Source: a virus (Duplodnaviria > Caudoviricetes). From it: a stretch of 57,775 nt of DNA. Within the stretch, counting starts at the first letter, position 1. Every line of letters starts with the position of its first letter. The stretch lies in IMG/VR virus record IMGVR_UViG_3300033996_000257, positions 1 to 57,775 of that record. One strand, 5' to 3'. Below the pieces are notes generated by a model. That model was not told the DNA's origin. It made no database searches and was given only the letters and a program-made list of their open reading frames with translations. Made by a program: the position numbers and the translations under genes. Shown one piece after another: positions 17,843 through 27,400 of the stretch.

Positions 17843-17849
17843 TTACAGC

Positions 17850-18128
17850 ATGGCTTACTCTCAACAAACAATCAACATGGTCATGAAAGCGCCTAAGACG
17901 TTGGGCAACCAACTCGGGCGCTGGGCTGTTCATCACAACTTTTCTGTCGTAAGAATCTCTCAAGCACTTGGCGTTTCACGCCAATCTGTTTACAACTGGT
18001 TCGGTGGTGGTGAAGTTTTTGTGGCCTATCGTCCAACGGTAGACGCACTCCTCAAAATCCTACAAACATCAAGCACAGCCGACGAGGCTTGGAGAAAAAC
18101 ATGCAAAGCATTCAACCTCGACAACTAA
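17850..18128 (+). CDS. Cro/CI-like HTH regulator
   Basis: SVVRISQALGVSRQSVYNWF. Confidence 0.8.
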   Translation: MAYSQQTINMVMKAPKTLGNQLGRWAVHHNFSVVRISQALGVSRQSVYNWFGGGEVFVAYRPTVDALLKILQTSSTADEAWRKTCKAFNLDN

Positions 18129-18310
18129 ACGACAACGAGCTTCTTCGGTACATCTACATCATTGGTTTTGACAAGGTCACCCCTGATTGGATTGAAGTGC
18201 TTGTTGAGCGCACGGCTGCGCTAATTGATAGCAAAGAGAAGGCTTTTCAAGAAGGCTTTGAGGACGGTTTTGCCCAAGGCATAGACCACGCAACAGACGA
18301 CTTTAAATAA
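18101..18310 (+). CDS. Hypothetical protein
   Basis: MQSIQPRQLND...; GGAG SD. Confidence 0.7.
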   Translation: MQSIQPRQLNDNELLRYIYIIGFDKVTPDWIEVLVERTAALIDSKEKAFQEGFEDGFAQGIDHATDDFK

Positions 18311-18324
18311 ACCAAAGGACAGAC

Positions 18325-21234
18325 ATGACTCCGCTTGAGTTCCTAGCGGTGGTTTTGCCGTCTCCGGGTTTAGGCTCGTACTGCGCGGTAGAACTCACAA
18401 AAAGAAAACAGCATGTGTTCACGGACACGATTGAGGAACTACGCCCACACATAGACAACTGGAACAACGATCACTGCGACATCTTCTACGCCGTCTCCTG
18501 CTTTGAAGGTAAGAAACGCGAAGCTGACAAAGCAACGCACGTAAAGTCTTTCTTTATTGACTTGGATGGGTACGCATCAAAGAAGGATGCAGTACTGGCA
18601 TTGGATGCGTTCATGGCAAAGGTCGGGCTTGACGCGCTCGGTAAGCCGTGGATTGTTGGTTCAGGTGGAGGGCTCCACTGCTACTGGCCGATGGCACGCG
18701 ACCTGACGGTTGCTGAATGGCGACCTGTTGCGCAGAACATAAAGCTTCTGTGTAAACAAGAGGGTATGGTCATCGACATGGCAGTCACCGCAGATGCGGC
18801 ACGACTGATGCGTGTGCCGGGTACCATGAACCACAAGAAGAAGTATGTGCAACCTCTTCCTGTAAAGTTGTTGATGGAAGGCGACGTGTTTGACTTCGAT
18901 GCGTTTGCAAAAGTCATCAACGCCAACCTTAAAGAAAAAGCACCGCCGCAGGCTGACCCAATTCTGTTGCCGGGGGCGCGGCCAAAGAACGCGAAGAATG
19001 CCGCGCAAGTAAAGATGATGCAGAACAGCCGCACTATCTTTGCCGAATTTCAACCCCACTGCGCCCAGATTGCCGACTATGCCGCCACCGCTCAAGAGGA
19101 CGGCAAAGAACCTGTGTGGAGGGCGTTGTTGTCATGGGCTAAGGTTTGTGAGGACGGCACTGAGAAGGCTGTTTGGTTGTCGGAGTTACACCCATACACG
19201 CCGGACAGGATGCACCAGAAGCTGGCTGAGATCAAAGGGCCTTACTCCTGCGTGGCAATGGACTCCCTGAATCCCGGCATATGCACAAGTTGTCCACACT
19301 GGGGAAAGATCACAAATCCGCTGATCCTTGGCAGAGAAATCAAAGCCGACAACACTGAGAAAGTCATACCGCTGGCAACCGTGAGCGAAGACTTTGTTGA
19401 GGAAGAGTTTTTCGCACTGGAGGAACCAGATGACGGCAACGAACCAGAGCACATTGATGCAGTTAAGCGCCCACTACCACCACGCGGGTACAGCTACGGC
19501 GAGAACGGCGGCGTGTACTTTGTAAAGGTTGAGGAAGACGAGGACGGCAAGAAGTCTAAGAAAACTGTTCAGCTTGTTCCGTACGACTTGTTTGTGGTTG
19601 ATCTACTTAAGATGGAGAACGACCACTTGGTTCACATGGCCGCTGTACGTCCCGAGGGCGTGCTGACGCTTAACTTTCCACAGAAATCTATTGTGAGCAA
19701 AGACGAGACGCTCAAGTGGTTGGCAAGCCAGAACATTGTGTCTACGTTTGCTGGATTTGACAAGCAGCTATACGAATACGTACGCGCCTGTGTGGGCGAA
19801 GCATCTCAATCCAAAAAGCCAATCATCATTCCATACCAGTGCGGTTGGCAAGAAGATAACAGCTTCGTCTACAACAACCGGGTGTTTACCAAAGAAGGCG
19901 GGGAGACACGCATACCGATGCCCGGTCTTGAGAACATCAATCGCAACACCTCTGGGGCTGGCAGTCTGGAAAAATGGCGAAAGCTGTGGCAGACAATATT
20001 CGTGAACAAGCCCAACATGGAAACCGCCTTGGCTGTATGTCTGGACTCGTTTGGCTCATCCCTGATGCGGTTCACTGAGTACGAGGGTTTTGTGTGGCAC
20101 ATTGGTTCACGCCATTCTGGTACTGGTAAGTCATTGGTGCTTAGCGCCAAGGCTGGCGTATGGGGACACCCACTGCGTTACAGGACAGGTAAGGGCACGT
20201 CTCCGGTTGCAATGCAGCAACGCGCTGGTCTGCTCAACAGCATGCCGCTTCTGATTGACGAGATCACAAACACCCAGCGTGCAGACATGGAGTGGGCACC
20301 CACATTTATCTTTGACTTTGCAGAAGCGCAGGGCAAAGAGCGTATGGAGTCTGGTGTAAACAAAGAGCGCATCAACAACACGACATGGAAGACCACATGT
20401 ACCATGACTTCCAACGAAAGCCTGACGGACTACATGGCGGGGGCACGGAAGTTCAGTTCAAACGGCGAACTTCTGCGTATGCTGGAGTGGAATCCCAACA
20501 TCAAGTTGGAGTGGACTCCCCAAGAACGTGAAGTGCTGCTTGAGATGAAACGCAATTACGGCGTGGCTGGCGAGGCTTGGGTGCGTTGGTTGACAAAGAA
20601 CCAGCATATGGCAGAGGAGGTTGTCGCCAAGACGCATAAGCACCTCAAAAAGGTGCTGGATTTCAACGATGACGAACGCTATTGGCACGCCGGTTGCACC
20701 GTTATTGTTGCTGCTGCCATTCTTTTACGTAGAGATTACGCCAACATCCTTGACGTTGAAGTGCAAAAAGTCATAGACGCTTTGAAAGTGGTTGTGGAGA
20801 AAGCCCGGGGCATTATTCGCGGCAGTGTGCGCACTGCTGAGGACGTGTTGAACGCGTACACCGGAGACAACTACGGCAGTTTCATCATTATCAAGAAGGC
20901 TGAAGGCCGACTGATGGCCGCATGGGGGGATGGGGAGGCTGTTGATAAGTCGCTTACAAGGTCAAAGGTACTTGGACGTGTCGAGCACGGCACATTTGCT
21001 GAGGGGTTCAGGGAGTACTTCATTGAAGAACAACTACTCAGGCGGCACTGTGTGAGCATGAGCTTTAGCTACGACGACTTCAAGAAGCAGATGGAAAAGC
21101 TTTTCCGCGTCAAATACTCCAAGAAAGATATGCTCGGCAAGACCAACGGCCCATCAATGCGCGTTAACGCTATGCACATAACTTTTGAGGAAGAACATTT
21201 CAATGGAAATAATCTATCCGTGGGCGACACTTAA
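18325..21234 (+). CDS. Primase / DUF927 helicase-like replication protein
   Basis: N-terminal DLD, SGGGLHCYW, RVPGT (AEP/RepB-like); Cys cluster; GWQ; SGTGKS, IDE. Confidence 0.85.
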   Translation: MTPLEFLAVVLPSPGLGSYCAVELTKRKQHVFTDTIEELRPHIDNWNNDHCDIFYAVSCFEGKKREADKATHVKSFFIDLDGYASKKDAVLALDAFMAKVGLDALGKPWIVGSGGGLHCYWPMARDLTVAEWRPVAQNIKLLCKQEGMVIDMAVTADAARLMRVPGTMNHKKKYVQPLPVKLLMEGDVFDFDAFAKVINANLKEKAPPQADPILLPGARPKNAKNAAQVKMMQNSRTIFAEFQPHCAQIADYAATAQEDGKEPVWRALLSWAKVCEDGTEKAVWLSELHPYTPDRMHQKLAEIKGPYSCVAMDSLNPGICTSCPHWGKITNPLILGREIKADNTEKVIPLATVSEDFVEEEFFALEEPDDGNEPEHIDAVKRPLPPRGYSYGENGGVYFVKVEEDEDGKKSKKTVQLVPYDLFVVDLLKMENDHLVHMAAVRPEGVLTLNFPQKSIVSKDETLKWLASQNIVSTFAGFDKQLYEYVRACVGEASQSKKPIIIPYQCGWQEDNSFVYNNRVFTKEGGETRIPMPGLENINRNTSGAGSLEKWRKLWQTIFVNKPNMETALAVCLDSFGSSLMRFTEYEGFVWHIGSRHSGTGKSLVLSAKAGVWGHPLRYRTGKGTSPVAMQQRAGLLNSMPLLIDEITNTQRADMEWAPTFIFDFAEAQGKERMESGVNKERINNTTWKTTCTMTSNESLTDYMAGARKFSSNGELLRMLEWNPNIKLEWTPQEREVLLEMKRNYGVAGEAWVRWLTKNQHMAEEVVAKTHKHLKKVLDFNDDERYWHAGCTVIVAAAILLRRDYANILDVEVQKVIDALKVVVEKARGIIRGSVRTAEDVLNAYTGDNYGSFIIIKKAEGRLMAAWGDGEAVDKSLTRSKVLGRVEHGTFAEGFREYFIEEQLLRRHCVSMSFSYDDFKKQMEKLFRVKYSKKDMLGKTNGPSMRVNAMHITFEEEHFNGNNLSVGDT

Positions 21235-21421
21235 ACCGGGCACAGGGTTTTTTGTTCCCGGGCTGGATGTTGCAAAGATAAAGGAACTGGGGCTACGCGC
21301 CTCAGTTCCTTACAAGTACCGCACTCAAGCTTTCATTGGTATCAGAAAGGGGTTGATAGGCGTATGGTTTTATCGGAAGCCTCTCTCACCGTACGAGCTA
21401 CGGCGGTCTTTATCTTCCTAA
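21203..21421 (+). CDS. Small hypothetical protein, possibly DNA-binding
   Basis: YPW..LKPG.GFFVP...GVWFYR. Confidence 0.65.
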   Translation: MEIIYPWATLKPGTGFFVPGLDVAKIKELGLRASVPYKYRTQAFIGIRKGLIGVWFYRKPLSPYELRRSLSS

Positions 21422-24400
21422 TCTTGTCAAGTTGTTCGCGCTTAGCTTCTGGTGACATGTTTGATGCGGCAATTGCTCGTTCAGCTTGAGTCAACATGCT
21501 CATATCATTCTTAAAGCTTTGCGCCATTTCAGCCTGCATAAACTCGTTACCGCGTCTTTGCAACAGCGCCTTGGCTTCTGACATCCGCCCCTCTGCCACC
21601 ATTTTGTCGAACGTTTGTTTGACTTTGATATTTTCGTTCATGCGCTCGTACACGCTGTTGATGATGCCGCCAGCATCGTTGGGTTGGAATGCGCCACCAA
21701 GAATTGGGTACTCCGACAAACGTTTAACAGCTTTCTCAGGACTCTCACCCGTAGGCACACCCACACTCAGTGCGTGCATAAACGCAAGCCCCATAGTGCC
21801 GGTGTAACCACTGACCAACTGTTCAAACACAATAGGGGATATGCCAAGCGTCTTGCCAATGCCTTTGGCCAACTCTGATGTGTTGGCGCGGAACTGTTCT
21901 TCTGGCAACAACTCCTTTTCCCGCGCAGACAAGATGTCTCGACCTGTGTAAAACGACTTGCCCAACCCCGCCTCGATGGCCGGTTTCATTATCTGGGGTA
22001 TGCCATAAGACGAACCGCCGGGCACTGTCTGAAGCAAAATTTGTTTGAACGCTTTGACTGCTTCTTCGCTGCCGTGTTCGTTGAGCATGCTGTTAAGCAG
22101 TGCCTCAGGCAACGCCTTGAAAATGTATCCAATTTCAAAAGGCACAGGCAATTTGATTGGTTCATCCAAACCCGGCACACGAATAAACCAATTTCCGTAT
22201 TTCTGGTCAGGGTTAGCATTCTTGTATGCTTCATCGTCTTGCATTAAAGCGGCGTAGGCAAAGCTGGCCACAGCCATCAAAGCACCGCGTTGCATCATCT
22301 TTTCACGTATACGCAACTGCTCGTTGAACGGCATCTTGCCCGTAGCCGCTTTGTACAACACGTTCAGACCTTGAATCTGAGCGTTAAAGAACGGTATCAT
22401 CGAATTGGCTATGTGTATTGATGGTGACGCGCCGCGCTTGTTAAAGTTCATGGACTCCAGCGCCAGCAAAGTTGCCTCCATCTCAGACAGACCTTGCTGA
22501 ATGTAGCTGTTGTACTGGGCGCGACGTGTTGTGGCATCCGCTTCCATACTCATGGCTTCAAGTTTGCCAAGCGCGGTCATCCAGCCCGGCTTACCCTCAG
22601 ACACGTCACGCAGAATTTTGGTCAAGTCCTCAGCGCCACCCACAAACTGCTGGCCTCCGGTAACACCACGGCGCTCAAGAGTCTTTTTGGTAGCGGAGTT
22701 GATTTCTTTCAACGCACCAATGACCGGCATAAAGTCTGCGCCAGAAAGAATAGGCGCGGCCAAGGAATCACGGAACAACTGCTTTGCTGTGTACAAAGGG
22801 CTGAGGGTAATAGCTTTGCGTAATACCTGTGCTGGGAAAGCCATGACGCGCAACATTGCTGGCATCTGTGTTGGAATGCCCTCCATGCCTTTGACAAGTA
22901 TGTCAGCAGGTACGCCAGTATCAAACTCCTTGTTACCAATCTTGACCTTCTCGGTAGCAATCACAGCGTAACGATCTGCGCCATCATCGCGGAATTTAAC
23001 AACGTCAGGGCCAGCAGCCATCTTTACAAACTTAGCAGCCTTCAAGTCCACCAGTTCAAACACAGCGTTCTTGGTAGCCAAGTTACGCATACCCATGTCC
23101 ATTAACAAGTTGGTGTTCTGCACCGAGCTAGTCAAGAAATCAAGGATGGGCCTGTCGCCACCAACAAGTTCATGCAAGTATGGTTGCTCAGCAATACTAC
23201 CAATACGGATGGGGGACTCACCACCAATTAACAGTTCGGCTACGCCGTTGCGTTCACGATAAAACGGGATGTAATCGTTTTCTCTAAGCAAACGTTTACC
23301 AACTTCTTTGGACAGTGCGCCAGTACTGACAACAAAATCAATCAAGTTGCGGTTGTAAGCGTTGTACTCGTCTTTTGCACTTTTGAACACAGCCTCTAAA
23401 CCGGGCGTGGCCTCGATGGCGGCCATAGTTTTATCCAGCAGTTCCTGTGTAACATCCTCACCAAAATTTAGAGAGGACAAACCTTTGTTCTTTGCGCGAA
23501 TAGCAGCCATGTACGTAGTGAACATAGTGTTTACAGCTTCTGCATTGCCAACCATTGGTTGTGCGTCTCTTAGAATCTGCACCACGTTGTTAATGTTGGC
23601 GCTCTCTTTACTCTCCAACACACGCTCAACGCGTCCGTCTGGGCGCGTCTTCTCTACGATTGCCGGTGCGCCGTTGGAGACTGCCTGAGATACAAAGTTC
23701 ATGCGTTGGTCGTACATGCGCAAGTAGTACAGCATCTGGGTGCCTTTAAGCGGCTCCATGTATTTGGCCAAACGCTCGAAGCCTGCAAACCTGTCCACAA
23801 GCTGTGTCTCAAAAGCCAGACCTGTTAAGTTGGCTTTAAGTTTGTCCGTCCAGCTTCTGTCCTTGGCCACGATCTTGTCAACAAAATCGCTGTTCTTGGC
23901 GATTTCTGGATTGGTGTACGTGGCTTTGGTGCGATACAAAATGCCAGACTTGTCTACTTCACCTTCAGCGGCTTGCGTTCCCTCAATCACATACTTGCGT
24001 GCATTGGCAACAATCTGCTTGACCTCGTTGTCAGTCACATTCTCAATACCAAACGTATTGGCCAGCCACTGCTTAATGGCGTTATAGATTTGACGCAGTG
24101 CGCTCTCGTTTGCCGGAGTTGCACCAGTCTCTGCCATCTCTGCCAGCACTTCCTCAACGGCAGTGTTTCTGTCCAGATTGGGCTCAGCCTGCATCTTGGC
24201 GTCGGTTTGTTTACGCACAGCGCTGTTGCCTTCATACACACGGTTCATGGTGCTGGCGTATGTGCCGCCCAGAACTTCCCGCAGACCAAAGTGACCTGCA
24301 ACTTCGTGTGCCAAAGTCATAGCAACATCGTTGCCATTGCCCAAGTTAGAAGCGACCAAGTACACAATCTTGGTGTTGGGGTCGTACAGGCCGGGAATCT

Positions 24401-27400
24401 GACCAGTCTTTTCGTCGCGCTTGGCTTGATCTTGGATTTCCTGTGGCAGACCAGACTCGTTGTCAACAACTTGAATCTCAGGAACATTTGCCCAGTCCTG
24501 CACTATGCGGTTGGTGAGCCGCGTAACTTCCTCGGCCTTCATGCCGTTGCCAACATTCTTGGCAGTGCGGAATAAGCCACGCAGATCAGGAGCTTCATAG
24601 CCCTCGCCGTAAGTACCTTCCTCACGCTCAGCACGCAGGGCATCCGACGCTTGCTCCAAAGTCCTTCTCTGCGGGGCCTTCAATTTGAGGCGTTCTGTAT
24701 CAGCAGCTTTACCAGCGCCCGACCCAGTACGGAAGGGCTTAGCCGCTGCCAACGCAGTGGTGCTCGGCACAGTAGCGGCCTTGGGTGCTTTGGCTGGTTT
24801 GCCTGTAATGAACGCTTGTTTCTGTGCTTCCAGTGAAGCCAGCTTCTGCATAGCGCCCAGTTTGAGCGTTGCTTGCGCACGTTTAGTATTGGTTGCGTTA
24901 GGGTCGGCCATGATGTCGGCCAACTGATTCATGTCTTCTGGCCCTATTAACGCCTGCACTTCACCACGGGCGTCAAAGATCTCGTCATCAAACAGTTGCA
25001 GCTGTTTGTCTTTGACCCTTTGACGTACGGCGGCTTCATCAACCTCTTTTGCCGCCTGCATACCTTTATCGCGCAACTCATCAAGGCGTCTTTGTTCAGG
25101 CGTATTGATCTCCGCAACTTTGCGGCCTTTCTCAAACACTGCGCCGGGTAGGTCTTTGACGCTGAGGCCATCCTTCTTGAACGCCGCAGTAACTTTAGGC
25201 CACCAGACCTTCACATCTTTTTGGAATTCGTCAGCACGTTTTTGTGCTTCGTCAACTACCGCTTGCTGTGCCTTTACTTGCGACGCTATGCGTTGCGCAG
25301 AAAGTGGATACTTGAGTTTGCCCAGTTCGCCCGGTCTGCCGGTCTCAACAGCAGTCAATGGCTCCTTGCGCATGTCGGCCAGTTGACGTTCAAGAATTTC
25401 TAAGTACTCACGCTCTGTCTTGAGGTCTTTGTCAAGCATGGCTTCTGTGACAACAACGTCGTTCTCAATTTCACCAAAACGCAGTTCTTGCAGCTCAGTC
25501 AGTTCTGTTTCAGCGCTTTCAATGTTCTCAACAAGCCCTTGAACTTTCTGCAAGTTGTTAATCAGGTTTGGCGCTTGGCCAGTACCCTCAGTCATCTCTT
25601 TTTTAGCCGCTTCAATTTGTGACTCAACTGTGGCCAGACGTGTCTTGGCAGCTTTTAAAGAACGACGTGCGCGTTCAATCTCAGGATCAAGCAATTCACC
25701 CAACGTATCAGACAAGCGTTGACGGGCTTTGCCCATTGCCGTGGCCATAGCCTTTTGATACGCGTTACGTTGGTTCTGAAGCGCAACTTCTGAGTCAATC
25801 ATTGCGCGTTGACCTTCAGTCAACATAACGGAGGTACGCAAACTTGCTTTGATAAGTTTGAGCTTATCCATCAACGGCTCAGTAACTTTGTTGAGCGCGT
25901 CAGCTTGTTTACGTACAGCCGCATTGTTGTCTTGCATCAGTTCAACTAAACGGTTGTTTGCACCTTCAAGACGTTGGCCCAATGCAAGGGTTTGCAAAGC
26001 TTGCTGAACGTTTTTAGCGTACTCAGGAATTTTGTTTGTGTTGAAGTCTTTGATTAACTTGTCTACCCGCGTTTTTTCTTCCTCAGTAAACACGGACATG
26101 GCTTGTTCTTTTTGTTCTTTTGTTTTGCCAATGTTTTGTTTAGATACTTGCAAGTACCGATCCATCAGCCTCTTGTCTTCTTTGGTAACGCCTGATTCTG
26201 GATAAGACGCAAACATTTTTGCAATGTCTGCGTCCGAGTATTTACCAATGTTGAAGTCTCCCGGCTTAATCAGGAAAAACTGCATTTGGTTTTTAACGCT
26301 TTCAATATTTTCTTTTAGCGCTTCAATCTGTTCAAAGCCTTGTTTGTCTCTAGCAGAACGTGCTTTCTGGTTGGCTTCTGTTTTTGCTTTGAGCTTGCGT
26401 GCCTGATCCAGTGCTTCCCACACAGGTTTGATCTGTGGTGATTTGGCAAAGTTGGCAGGGGTGGCGCGGATATAACCGATGTCTTTGCGAGTCTCGGGAA
26501 ACAACTGACCTTGACCCGGCGCACCTTCACCAGCAATCTCACCTTCTTGGGCTGTACGTTCATACAGCTTTATGGCATCTTGAAGCTCACGCAGTGCGCT
26601 ACCCTCAGGGGCAAGCGCGGCCTCGTAACCCACTGCTTTATATGTGCGGCCACGTTCTCCAAAGCGTGTCTCAGCTTCTCTGCCGGGCACATTCTCAACA
26701 ACACGTTTGCCGGGCACAGCTTCACGGCGGGCATACACCTGAGTGCCAAGGTCTTCGCCGCGCAGGATGCGCTCGGCTTGATTCTGGGCTGCGTCCAACA
26801 ACGCTTTGCTTGCTTTGCCGTCGTCAATGATTGTCTTGACGCGCTCCAGCGCCTCTCTAATGCCTTGAGTGCGGATAGGGCCGTCTTCAGTTTCTAAGAC
26901 TGCGCCTTCTGGGATGTTCCGTGTCAGCGCTTTGTCAATCATGTTGCCCACGTACTCACGCAGGCGGCGCATCTCCCCGCCAGCCGTCTTGGCTGTCTCA
27001 CCTCTGGCTTCTGCAACTTTCTGCGCTTCTGTGGAAGCAAACTGCTGTTTAAGCAGAGGTGTCTCGCGGGTAGCGGTGAACGGCAACTGAGACAGGCTAT
27101 CAACAACGCTGGCAATCTGAGCTTTGAAGTGCTTAATTTCTTTATTGCTGGCGGGCATTTCTTTGATTTGCTCTGCCATAGGGCGGGTATCAACAAATTC
27201 CCAAACAAACGGAAGCGTACCTTTGTCCAGCAACTCTTTTATTTGTTTTCTGATAACCGCATTAGTCCTAACGTCTAGTGCAGCAGCGGCAGAATCCACA
27301 TTTGTCACCGGTTTAATTTGTGCTTCTAAAGCAGCAAACACTTTTGTAGGTTTTTTAACCCACTCACCTGTGCTGGGTGCACCCGCAGGAACTTTAGACG

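Noticed and set aside
17613-17849. N-terminal extension of the HTH ORF as given in the track
   Set aside because: Overlaps the SSB-like gene out of frame; ATG 17850 is the better start
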